Sequence record: MN163281.1
Length of the DNA stretch: 64,000 nt
Source of the DNA: Klebsiella phage KpCHEMY26
Direction: 5' to 3' (one strand)
Position numbers and translations under genes: made by a program. Shown in pieces: positions 38,174 to 46,844 of this stretch. Position 1 is the stretch's first letter. Each line of letters begins with the position of its first letter. Under the pieces are notes generated by a model. The model did no database searches. It was not told where the DNA came from and saw only the letters and a program-made list of their open reading frames with translations.

Positions 38174-38377
38174 CTACACTTTTTTGTGAAATGACTCATG
38201 CCATGTATGCAGAGGTCTAGACCAAACAGCATTGGTAAACCCAATGGTTTGATAGACTACTGTCACAGGGTACTTATGAGCATTTTCTAATCTGGCTTGA
38301 GTATTGGTTAACATCAGAATGCGGTAATGACCTCCATTCTTATGAATCCATACTTCACCAGCTACAGGTGTATCCAT
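38174..38377 (-). CDS. DUF1653-like small protein (67 aa)
   Basis: Motif GEVWIHKNGGHYRIL...VVYQTIGFTNAVWSRPLHTW resembles the conserved DUF1653 core (YRHYKGGxYxV...WVRPL). Confidence 0.5.
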   Translation of the reverse strand: MDTPVAGEVWIHKNGGHYRILMLTNTQARLENAHKYPVTVVYQTIGFTNAVWSRPLHTWHESFHKKV

Positions 38378-38604
38378 TATTTCTTACCTTCGTAGAAGTA
38401 CACTGCGTATACAACTAAAGGCCAGAATACTGCAAAGATGCATAACCAAGTTAAGTATGCTGGGATTAGGATGGCGTAGTAAACTCCATCATCATCAAAG
38501 CATTCTCTTAACTTGCTTCTCTTTTCATTGACCTTATTTCCATTTCGGATATGAAGGGTGTAAAGAGTTACACATAGACCGATTAAAAACCAGAGGGTAA
38601 ACAT
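38377..38604 (-). CDS. small membrane protein (about 75 aa)
   Basis: Two hydrophobic helices; probable start MFTLWFL at 38604. Confidence 0.4.
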   Translation of the reverse strand: MFTLWFLIGLCVTLYTLHIRNGNKVNEKRSKLRECFDDDGVYYAILIPAYLTWLCIFAVFWPLVVYAVYFYEGKK

Positions 38605-38617
38605 ATTATCTCCAACC

Positions 38618-38770
38618 TCATCCTTGAGGTTTGTCGTCATCCTGTTGATTAAGTGCCATATAGATGAACCAGAATATGCCTGCTATCACAGCAACTGTCA
38701 GAACTAGAGGCCATGCAAAGAAGACCCCTACTATGAGAGCAGTAATGAAAGCAGCTTTAAGTGCTTTCAT
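38618..38770 (-). CDS. small membrane protein (50 aa), absent from the ORF track
   Basis: ATG at 38770 with AGGAG RBS; single TM helix then acidic tail (MKALKAAFITALIVGVFFAWPLVLTVAVIAGIFWFIYMALNQQDDDKPQG). Confidence 0.45.
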   Translation of the reverse strand: MKALKAAFITALIVGVFFAWPLVLTVAVIAGIFWFIYMALNQQDDDKPQG

Positions 38771-38783
38771 CTTGGCTCCTTAA

Positions 38784-39221
38784 TTAGTTGCGAGCAAAGA
38801 GAGAACGAGTTTTCTGGCCTTCTAAGTATGCATCTACATCTGGGTCAGCATCGTCTGGGGTCTGAGGTTCTTCTTCTGGTTTGGTGTCAATTACATCTTC
38901 ACCGACCACTGGAAGCTCCGCAGGAGCTTCTACAGCTTCTGCCCTCATGATTCCATGCCGAGGTTCAACGGTACGCTCTATGACCTCTGTACGAAGCCCT
39001 ACACTGCCTTCAGATTTCTCTGTGCGGTTAATTGCTTGGGTTGGTACATGAGATTCAGTCAGCTTCTGTGGGACGATATCCAGAGTGGCTGAGTAACCAT
39101 TTTCACCACGACCTGCTTTCAGGTCGATAGTGATATCGTTACCTGGAGCTACATTGATGACACGGAAAGCATAGTCTTTCAGAGCTTCCAGGATTTCATC
39201 TTGGTTTAAAGTTATCTGCAT
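38784..39221 (-). CDS. hypothetical protein with acidic Pro/Glu-rich C-terminal half (145 aa)
   Basis: ORF with RBS; no recognised motif. Confidence 0.45.
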   Translation of the reverse strand: MQITLNQDEILEALKDYAFRVINVAPGNDITIDLKAGRGENGYSATLDIVPQKLTESHVPTQAINRTEKSEGSVGLRTEVIERTVEPRHGIMRAEAVEAPAELPVVGEDVIDTKPEEEPQTPDDADPDVDAYLEGQKTRSLFARN

Positions 39222-39241
39222 GATAATTCCTTATTAATCAA

Positions 39242-39748
39242 TTAGTTACCATGATTTTCATGGAAATTAAATTTAGCTTTTGCATCGTCCCTAGCCTTAA
39301 TGGCATCTTGAATAGATGCAAAAGTACCTAAATTATGATGCTTACCCTGGGAATAAATCCTTACAATCCAATTACCAACCCTAGTTGGATAAACTCCAGT
39401 ATGTCCTGAAGTATTGTTTTTGAATTTAGATTTATTCTTTTGGTTCACATCTTGAGGTACTTCCCTGTAATTACTAAAACGGTTATCAGTTCTTATGTGA
39501 TTGATATGGTCAATTTGCCCTTTGGGCCATTTACCTGTTTTAAGTAACCAAGCAACTCTATGCAGTTGATATACTTTTTTATCAATACCAATAACTAGAT
39601 ATCCGTGTTTAGATAAACTTCCGGCTACCATTCCAGCTCTAACTTGTGAATTACGGTTAACTTTCCATCGCATTTCACCTGTGTCTGGATTATACGAAAG
39701 GAGTTCACTAGCTCTCTGGAATGAAAGCATATTAATCAATTTCCTCAA
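39242..39748 (-). CDS. HNH homing endonuclease with AP2-type DNA-binding domain
   Basis: HNH motif IDHINHIRTDNRFSN; C-terminal GVY...GNWIVRI...HHNLGTFASIQDAIKARD matches the AP2 domain pattern of phage HNH-AP2 endonucleases. Confidence 0.75.
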   Translation of the reverse strand: MRKLINMLSFQRASELLSYNPDTGEMRWKVNRNSQVRAGMVAGSLSKHGYLVIGIDKKVYQLHRVAWLLKTGKWPKGQIDHINHIRTDNRFSNYREVPQDVNQKNKSKFKNNTSGHTGVYPTRVGNWIVRIYSQGKHHNLGTFASIQDAIKARDDAKAKFNFHENHGN

Positions 39749-40115
39749 TAAAAATTTCTACTCTTGGCTTCTCTCGGTCTATAGACCCAAACCGAAAAGC
39801 CAATTCAGGAACATAAAGATAATTGTCATCTGGGAGTTTCCCTAGTTCTACTAGAGCATCTGCAAAAAACTTATCGACAATGGAACATGCATTACCAACA
39901 TCACTTAAGTGACGTGTACCTGGATAAAAGACATATGTAATACGAACCTTCTGAAAGGTCGGCAGCTGTAAAATCTGCTCTTCCATAATCTTTTTGAAGT
40001 TAACTTTGGCAGTATCCAATGCAAATCTATTCTCATTCCTGTATGTGTTCAGGTTGAGGGTGAATAGTTTGTTCTTGGATTTGTGTACCCGGAGAGGTGC
40101 GATAAGTTTATGCAT
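39732..40115 (-). CDS. rusA: RusA-like Holliday junction resolvase
   Basis: Size 127 aa; DVGNACSIVDKFFADAL matches the RusA catalytic acidic motif (DLDNLxKAxxDAL). Confidence 0.5.
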   Translation of the reverse strand: MHKLIAPLRVHKSKNKLFTLNLNTYRNENRFALDTAKVNFKKIMEEQILQLPTFQKVRITYVFYPGTRHLSDVGNACSIVDKFFADALVELGKLPDDNYLYVPELAFRFGSIDREKPRVEIFIEEID

Positions 40116-40118
40116 GAA

Positions 40119-40364
40119 TTAAAGTCTCTTGTCATTAAAAATGACAGTGTAACCCTGAGACTTAAACCATTCGAGTTGCTTTAGTACGTGCGTTCTCATA
40201 AGTGACTTGGCGGAAGCATGTTCCCAACCAGTCAGGAGAACATCAATCTCTTTATCATCTGGGTTATCAATAATCCCTTGGATGATTTTATGAGATAACT
40301 TCTGGTATGCTGTACCAGAGACATTTTGGAACATCCTTACTTTAATAGTCATAAGAGCGCCCAT
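40119..40364 (-). CDS. hypothetical protein (81 aa)
   Basis: ORF tightly packed between the RusA and SSB-like genes. Confidence 0.35.
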   Translation of the reverse strand: MGALMTIKVRMFQNVSGTAYQKLSHKIIQGIIDNPDDKEIDVLLTGWEHASAKSLMRTHVLKQLEWFKSQGYTVIFNDKRL

Positions 40365-40396
40365 TTAAAAGCCCACCGGAGTGGGCTTATTTTTTA

Positions 40397-41137
40397 TTAC
40401 TTAGAGAACAGAGATTTGGTTGGTTGTTTAGCAGCTGACGGAGCACCTGTTTTCACACCATCTAAACCTTTGGCTCTGTTGATGGTTTTACCAGCAAACT
40501 TGCTCTCCCAATCATTCTTGAATTTAGCTTCAGTTACCTGAGCTTCAATTTCAGGAACGGTGAGACCATCGTCTGCACGGAAGAATTTGTTGATTTCATT
40601 AATGTCACGAGTCTCACCAGATGGCACATAAATTTTCTTACCATTGGAATCAACTTCACCTGAATCGACATTCTTGTCTACAGTGATACGTTGCAGACCA
40701 GTGAGAATCTGTTGACCAGTCAGCTCAACAAATACTTCAACTTCTGTCGGGACTTCACCTTTGGCATCGAAGTCATACAGCTTGATGACTTTCTTCTCCA
40801 ATTCACATTCACCAATTTCTTTACCTACTGTCAGCAGAGCTAAGCTATTGGCTGTGATAAAACCTGGCAAATAATGTTCTTTATTAGTACGAGTATCGAT
40901 GTAAGTATTCTTGTTACCTTTGGCATCACCAGAAGTCATCCAGAGTTGCTGGCGTACTTCTTTGCCATTGATATCGAGAATGACGTTCAGTGCTAAGGCA
41001 CCACCACCTGATTTAGACAGGTAGCCTACTTTGACTGTACTTGGATAAATGGCAGAGTCTAATGCACCGCCTCCACCAAGCACGTCCTTCTCACCTTCAA
41101 CGCCAGCTTTGGTAGTCAGATTATTTAACAGAGACAT
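40397..41137 (-). CDS. single-stranded DNA-binding protein candidate (N4 gp45 position)
   Basis: 246-aa Gly/Lys-rich protein at the position N4 synteny predicts for the SSB (after helicase, polymerase, primase and recombination ATPase); no motif check possible. Confidence 0.4.
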   Translation of the reverse strand: MSLLNNLTTKAGVEGEKDVLGGGGALDSAIYPSTVKVGYLSKSGGGALALNVILDINGKEVRQQLWMTSGDAKGNKNTYIDTRTNKEHYLPGFITANSLALLTVGKEIGECELEKKVIKLYDFDAKGEVPTEVEVFVELTGQQILTGLQRITVDKNVDSGEVDSNGKKIYVPSGETRDINEINKFFRADDGLTVPEIEAQVTEAKFKNDWESKFAGKTINRAKGLDGVKTGAPSAAKQPTKSLFSK

Positions 41138-41146
41138 ATTTTATCC

Positions 41147-41878
41147 TTAATCTTCTTCGTAGAATTCTTTGATTCGATTTAATACTTTCATTGCATCGTT
41201 ATCGATGAATGTTTCAGACGTCTTCCACATAAAACGTGGAGAACGAATACGTTCATGGACCGTATCTTTAGTGATACAGGTCTGGAACACATGCTTGAAG
41301 CCAAGCATTTCTTCCTCTGGAGTCACCACCAATAAATCATTTTCATAATTCTTGAGGTGCTTCAGTTGCATCTTTTTGGCATAGACAATACAAGTAAAGT
41401 ACGCCTCAATACCTTGGTTCTTGAGAGCACCCTTAACAGGGATTTTGGTCTCAATGACCATCTCATTCTCATTGAGCTGAGATAAGGTATGAGCAGTAAA
41501 GATTACTCGTTTAGTAGACTTAGCTACCTTGTCCTGCATCAGATTCTTGAAGAACTGGTTATAGTCCGCCCATCCTTTCATGGTATTGGTTGAGTTCACT
41601 ACATAGAGTGACTCAAACATATCCATCAGGAATGTAATGGAATCCACAACAATGGTATGAATATGTGGCATATTCTCTGCTGCATCGAATGCCTCATACA
41701 CTTGAAGTGGGTCTGTGATTACATACCTGTCAAACTTGTTTGGAAATGGCAGACGCTTACCTGATTCACAGTTCAGGTACATTACACCCGGATGGTCTGG
41801 CAACGTCATTAACGATGCAGATTTACCAGACGAAGATGCACCCGCAATGAGTAGCAGGTCTTTGATTGGTTCTGACAT
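41147..41878 (-). CDS. AAA_24-type RecA-like ATPase (Sak4-like)
   Basis: Walker A GASSSGKS near the N-terminus, Walker B IVVDSITF; size and placement typical of phage Sak4-like annealing ATPases. Confidence 0.55.
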   Translation of the reverse strand: MSEPIKDLLLIAGASSSGKSASLMTLPDHPGVMYLNCESGKRLPFPNKFDRYVITDPLQVYEAFDAAENMPHIHTIVVDSITFLMDMFESLYVVNSTNTMKGWADYNQFFKNLMQDKVAKSTKRVIFTAHTLSQLNENEMVIETKIPVKGALKNQGIEAYFTCIVYAKKMQLKHLKNYENDLLVVTPEEEMLGFKHVFQTCITKDTVHERIRSPRFMWKTSETFIDNDAMKVLNRIKEFYEED

Positions 41879-41928
41879 TATTTCTCCTGATGGATTGGAG
41901 TAAAGACTATAAAGCCTCTTAACAGAGG

Positions 41929-44103
41929 CTATTTCTCAGAGATTTTCTTACTTACGCTGCGCATGATAGTACTATGAATTTCAATCTCTGGGAGTCCGTT
42001 ATCCAGCTTGGCATTGAAGCCAAGTACCTTATCCAGAATAGACTGATAGTTCATGCCTGTATCAGCTAACATCATAGCAAATTTCAGCAGTTGATTGTTG
42101 CGATTTCCTGCCCCCATACGTTGGGCAAACCAACGTTCAAGGTTGTCGAGATTGCTCAAATCAACCATAGTCTTCTTCAACTCATCGTTCTTACTTGTCT
42201 TTGGAATGAACGCCAGTGCATCAAGAATTTCACCCTCATTGAAGAAAGTCTTGCCCGGATGGGTAGACCACTTTCTGCAACGTTGACTGGTTTGTTCATC
42301 TACAGAGAACGGTAACCATTCGAAGATGTTGTTCATGAATTCTCTGAATTCATTTTCATCGAGTTTCAGATGATAGTTGATTGGCATAATGAGTCTGAAC
42401 CGGTCACCATATCCTTCGGTCTGGTGCCGCTTGGTTGTATGGATGAAGTACATATAGTCTTTCATCAATACCTTAACCTCTTCCAATGAAGTTCCTTCAT
42501 CAACATCGATAACTACAACGTTGAATCCCGGAATCATATTGGCTCCATCCCTGTGACCATTACCAACATTACCTTTGAGTATTGCATGGTTAACCCAATG
42601 CATATCTTCCATCTGACATAGCTGCATCAGATTCTCAAAGGAGATTTGTTCAGACAGGTAGTCATATGCTACATGACCGCTGTAACTTACTGTTAGCTTA
42701 TCAAGTGATGTTGGCTTAAGAGCCTCACCCTTGAAGAACTCAATACCATCAATGAATGTCTTCTTGATGATAATGTGATGCTTATAGCCGTAAGCAATGG
42801 CTAAGTTCATTAGCTCTTGCTTCTGAGAGTTACTGCCTTTGTAGAATGGTAAGTCCTCTACCAAATCTACATGAGTTACTTCCTTGCCTACTTCTGCAAT
42901 GTAGTTGGCTAACTTCACATAGTTCTTCTCACGACTAAGAATTCTGTTAAAAGCTTCACCAGACTCTTCGACTAACTTAATCGCAGACATAAGCTGTGAT
43001 TCTGTTACTTCTGGGGTCTCGTCAACAAATGCATACACCCCAGATAACTTGAGTGCTTTAAAGTATCTGTGACGTAGTTCTGCTTTACGAATCTCTTCGT
43101 GGTCAGGGAGCTTATCAGCTAACTGTTCACAGTGAAGTTTGTAGGCAATGAGCTTAATGCTCACATCTCTGTTAACCATGATATGTTGGTTAAACTTAAC
43201 TGCATCTGCCAACATACCAAAGTGTTGAGATAGTCTCACTACAGTGGCATTAGAGGTAGAGTCAGTAAGCATGTCGAAGATTTGTTCTGGAGTCATCTCT
43301 GCTTCGAAATCCTCTTTACGAGAATATCCAAACAGACAACGTCTTGCATAACCTGCTTCCAGCAGAGCATAGAACTCATCTTCTTCTTTACCACCATTCA
43401 GCAAACTACTTGGTGTACCAAACATGAGCATGTTAGATGGAGTTTTACCATCCAACTCTTCTGCTCGCTGTGAGTCTGCTGTGTTTTTGATTAACTTCTG
43501 TTTAATCTGCCCTTGGTCATATAACTCAAGGAATGCAGTTAACAGGTCGGTGTTAGCAATCAGGTTCTTACCTAATTCATCACACTCGAAAGATGCTGCA
43601 CCAGCATTAGCTAACAACAGTTTATGACGTAACTGCTTGAGAGCAGGTACAGTACCACTATCAAATGAATAGGCTAATGCACCAGTTGAGGCGAATTCCT
43701 TCTCAACTTTAACCAATTCATCTGCTGGGTCTGTACCATTTTTAGAAGCTCTTTGAGCAGCTATATCAACAAGGTTCTGTTGAGCTACAAATGGGAATGT
43801 ATCATTGAGAAATGCCCGTTTAAACTGGCTTAAGAACTGTCCTTCAATGATGTTGGTTGAGTGTCCTTTACCTGAGCCAGATGGGGCTAAGTTCAGGACA
43901 TAGACGTTTACAGGAAGTTTACCTCTATCCAGTGTATCCAACGTGCAACGCATGTTAGATGCCATCTTAGCTAAGAAGTAACTTACCTGTACCCTAAAGA
44001 ACAGACGGTTATTGTTAAGTGTCTTTTTACAGAGCACATCAACAATCTGTTCAGTAATGGGATGATAAGTCGCAGATGATAAATCAAACATTGGATTCCT
44101 CAA
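41929..44103 (-). CDS. primase-like replication protein (724 aa)
   Basis: DxD motif VVVIDVDEG and downstream H-containing motif FIHTTKRHQTEGYGDRF suggest an archaeo-eukaryotic-primase-type domain; P-loop-like APSGSGKG; N4 gp42/43 position. Confidence 0.45.
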   Translation of the reverse strand: MRNPMFDLSSATYHPITEQIVDVLCKKTLNNNRLFFRVQVSYFLAKMASNMRCTLDTLDRGKLPVNVYVLNLAPSGSGKGHSTNIIEGQFLSQFKRAFLNDTFPFVAQQNLVDIAAQRASKNGTDPADELVKVEKEFASTGALAYSFDSGTVPALKQLRHKLLLANAGAASFECDELGKNLIANTDLLTAFLELYDQGQIKQKLIKNTADSQRAEELDGKTPSNMLMFGTPSSLLNGGKEEDEFYALLEAGYARRCLFGYSRKEDFEAEMTPEQIFDMLTDSTSNATVVRLSQHFGMLADAVKFNQHIMVNRDVSIKLIAYKLHCEQLADKLPDHEEIRKAELRHRYFKALKLSGVYAFVDETPEVTESQLMSAIKLVEESGEAFNRILSREKNYVKLANYIAEVGKEVTHVDLVEDLPFYKGSNSQKQELMNLAIAYGYKHHIIIKKTFIDGIEFFKGEALKPTSLDKLTVSYSGHVAYDYLSEQISFENLMQLCQMEDMHWVNHAILKGNVGNGHRDGANMIPGFNVVVIDVDEGTSLEEVKVLMKDYMYFIHTTKRHQTEGYGDRFRLIMPINYHLKLDENEFREFMNNIFEWLPFSVDEQTSQRCRKWSTHPGKTFFNEGEILDALAFIPKTSKNDELKKTMVDLSNLDNLERWFAQRMGAGNRNNQLLKFAMMLADTGMNYQSILDKVLGFNAKLDNGLPEIEIHSTIMRSVSKKISEK

Positions 44104-45086
44104 TCTGAAATATTAAGTTCACCTGATGCCAGATACTTATCTTTCTGAGTACAACTTGCGTAGACACTACAGAATCTACACGCTTTCACTTCACCCGGTA
44201 CTGTAACTACAATCCCTACTCCACCATCCTTCGCTAAAGCTAGGTTGGCATCATGGAGATTGTCATGGTTACTGGTACTACGCCCCATCTTCTGGGGATT
44301 TTTGTAGTACTTATACTTAGGTTCTGTACGCCATAACTCTTCATCTGTACATTCAGGAAGCTCTGGTTCAGGAGTGTCTTTGTATCGTTCTAACGCAGAC
44401 AACTTGGAGGCGATATACTGCTCCGTTTCCTGTACAGATTTCAACTGCAATGGATATTCTAAAATCTTCTGTTGAGGATAATCCTTATTACTTCTGGCTT
44501 GGTTTGCAGACCAATCAACGAAGAGATAATCAATGTACATGTGGTCATGCTTGATTTTCTCTGGGTTGAGCCAGCGGTAAATACTACCCTGCATTCTAAA
44601 CTTCTCGTCATTGGACTTATTCGTATAAGTGAATACGCTGGTGGACTTAACGTCCCTCAGTCGATATTCCATCACCATGTCGAACTTCCCGCCAATGGTC
44701 CAACCTTTGAATTCCTTTTCAACACGAGTTTCTAACCAGATTGGAATGATATCGTCATTCAGTTCTTCTTCACTTGGATTGATACGAATCGCATCAATGA
44801 CTCTCTTGGGATAACCAAGAGCTTTCAGCGATTCTCGATAATTACCTTTCCAGGCTCTCTCAATCGCATCGTGGAAGGCTGAACCCATCCGGTTAGGGAT
44901 TTGTGAGGATATGTCTACAGCAACGTCTGTAGTGCCTGTGAGACGCTTCATTAACGTTAGCTGACGAACACTCTTCAATAAGCTAGTTGCAGAGATGTAG
45001 TTTGGCTTCTCAACATAATCGTAATCATCTTGAGCCAACCAAACTGCCATCGATAAAGCGATGTTAGTATTGTTGGTCAGTTTCAT
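44100..45086 (-). CDS. PD-(D/E)XK nuclease with Cas4/RecB-like Fe-S cysteine cluster
   Basis: D-MVME-YRLRDVK core; four Cys (one upstream, then C-x2-C-x5-C at the C-terminus: CRFCSVYASC) as in Cas4/AddB nucleases. Confidence 0.55.
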   Translation of the reverse strand: MKLTNNTNIALSMAVWLAQDDYDYVEKPNYISATSLLKSVRQLTLMKRLTGTTDVAVDISSQIPNRMGSAFHDAIERAWKGNYRESLKALGYPKRVIDAIRINPSEEELNDDIIPIWLETRVEKEFKGWTIGGKFDMVMEYRLRDVKSTSVFTYTNKSNDEKFRMQGSIYRWLNPEKIKHDHMYIDYLFVDWSANQARSNKDYPQQKILEYPLQLKSVQETEQYIASKLSALERYKDTPEPELPECTDEELWRTEPKYKYYKNPQKMGRSTSNHDNLHDANLALAKDGGVGIVVTVPGEVKACRFCSVYASCTQKDKYLASGELNISD

Positions 45087-45088
45087 GA

Positions 45089-45736
45089 TTACGCCTTCTT
45101 ATCAGAAGGGATGCCAATAGAGGCATTCAGATTGGCGAAGTCGATTGCAGGTAATCCAGCGCGGACTACTTCGATATCAGTTGGAATCAGCTCTGCTGCT
45201 TCAGGCCATACTTCAACTAGACGTTTGGTAGTAGATACAGAGTAAACTACTGCTTTAACGTTTTCTTTGATGCTTCTAGCAGAAGAATCTAATTCTTCTA
45301 CGACTTTCTCTGCATCAAGGAACTTCTGAACCAGTGGGTTATCAGCAGTTAAGGTTGGTTTATTGCCAGCGTCTAGACGGATAAACTTAAGCCCTTTAAA
45401 CTCTTCTAAGGATAAAACAGTTTGAGATGGATACTGTACGTTCATCCCTGCAATATTAATCTTGTCAGCATTCCATGTGCTGTAGTCTCTTGGGTCTCTA
45501 ACCAAGATACCTTCATCCTTTAAGGATTGAACCTTTTCTTGAATAGTATTGAATCTGTCGCAGAGACGACGATAAGCCTTCAGACCACCAAATGCAGCGA
45601 TTAAACATTCCATTTTAATCTTTTCTACATTTTGTCTGGCTTCTTTTAAACGCTTAGGAAATCCAGATTTTTCCATTGCAGCAGCAACGATTTTGTCACG
45701 AGCATCATTAGTTAAACGAGTAGACATATACATCAC
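45089..45736 (-). CDS. hypothetical protein (215 aa)
   Basis: ORF in the replication block; no motif recognised. Confidence 0.4.
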   Translation of the reverse strand: MMYMSTRLTNDARDKIVAAAMEKSGFPKRLKEARQNVEKIKMECLIAAFGGLKAYRRLCDRFNTIQEKVQSLKDEGILVRDPRDYSTWNADKINIAGMNVQYPSQTVLSLEEFKGLKFIRLDAGNKPTLTADNPLVQKFLDAEKVVEELDSSARSIKENVKAVVYSVSTTKRLVEVWPEAAELIPTDIEVVRAGLPAIDFANLNASIGIPSDKKA

Positions 45737-46480
45737 CTATTTAGTGAGAGCAGCCCAAGAGATTGGGAATAGAGGTTTAATGACTTCACGAACCATCTCT
45801 GCTAATTGTTGGATTTCAACTTGCGCATGAGAGTCACTACGCTTGTTGTAGAAGTTTGCGAAGGCAAGTAAGTTACCAGTCCAAGTCCAGTTAACCTCTA
45901 CACCCTGTGGAAGGATGAAGCGAGCTTGCTCAGGAGCAACATCATCTTCAATCATCTTCTCGTAGAGATGGATAGCTGCATTAACATGGGAAGCATACAC
46001 TTCTTTCCATGTATCATTTTCTGGATGGATACCTGCGCTACCCTGCTTAATACTTCCTTCTGGCTTGTTTCGAAACTCAGGTATGAAGATTTCAGGGGTG
46101 GTACTGATATACCGACGAGACTCTTCATTTTCTACCAGTCCCTGTTTATGCTTAAAGCATTGGGTTCTGATAGGAATTGGTGCCTGCATTTGTAAAGTAA
46201 TTGCTGTATGAGCAAATGGAGTCCAGTGGGTAGCTTGATGACGAATGGAGTGATATAACTCTTCTTCAGCATTTTCAGGATATGCTGCGGTCATTCCTTG
46301 GCGAATTAACTGAAGTATCCCTGCTTTATCCTTGCTACTAATCCCTTCTGCAAGGTAACGAATCAAAGAAGCATTCTGAGCTTCTGTTCGTACACTTGCA
46401 TCAGTTTGAGCAAATGATTGACGAGCTACATCTACAATGCGCTTGTCTGACCCCATATGGTCAACATAGATAACTTTCAT
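45737..46480 (-). CDS. thyX: flavin-dependent thymidylate synthase ThyX
   Basis: Motifs HWTPFAH and RSDSHAQVEIQQLA match ThyX; the substrate-binding signature reads KHK-x8-SRRY where ThyX normally has RHR-x7-S-x-RY. Confidence 0.7.
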   Translation of the reverse strand: MKVIYVDHMGSDKRIVDVARQSFAQTDASVRTEAQNASLIRYLAEGISSKDKAGILQLIRQGMTAAYPENAEEELYHSIRHQATHWTPFAHTAITLQMQAPIPIRTQCFKHKQGLVENEESRRYISTTPEIFIPEFRNKPEGSIKQGSAGIHPENDTWKEVYASHVNAAIHLYEKMIEDDVAPEQARFILPQGVEVNWTWTGNLLAFANFYNKRSDSHAQVEIQQLAEMVREVIKPLFPISWAALTK

Positions 46481-46481
46481 G

Positions 46482-46844
46482 TTAGCGCCTTCTGAAATGT
46501 TCTTTAAACTTCTGAGTCATTTGTTCCTCATCTAACTCAAGAGATAGTTGTTCTGGGACAGGCATTGCAGCTTCACCAGCTAAAGCAAAGTAAGCAGCCC
46601 CATCGACATAATCGTCTAGCTTAAAGCTCCCACCAGATGCTCTAGCTGCTTTCAAGAAAACCATGAACATCCAACCCTGCTCCTCTGTAAGGTTCAGGTT
46701 ATACATGGCATTGAATGAAGCTACAGTTCGAGCCATAGAACGCTCTGACTCTTGGTCACGCTCACTTGCTCTATCACCAATACAACGAGATGCTTCCTGC
46801 AAAATGGCAGGAGCACTATCAATAGGGAACTGTAAAATTGTCAT
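46482..46844 (-). CDS. hypothetical protein (120 aa)
   Basis: ORF coupled to the polymerase gene. Confidence 0.35.
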   Translation of the reverse strand: MTILQFPIDSAPAILQEASRCIGDRASERDQESERSMARTVASFNAMYNLNLTEEQGWMFMVFLKAARASGGSFKLDDYVDGAAYFALAGEAAMPVPEQLSLELDEEQMTQKFKEHFRRR

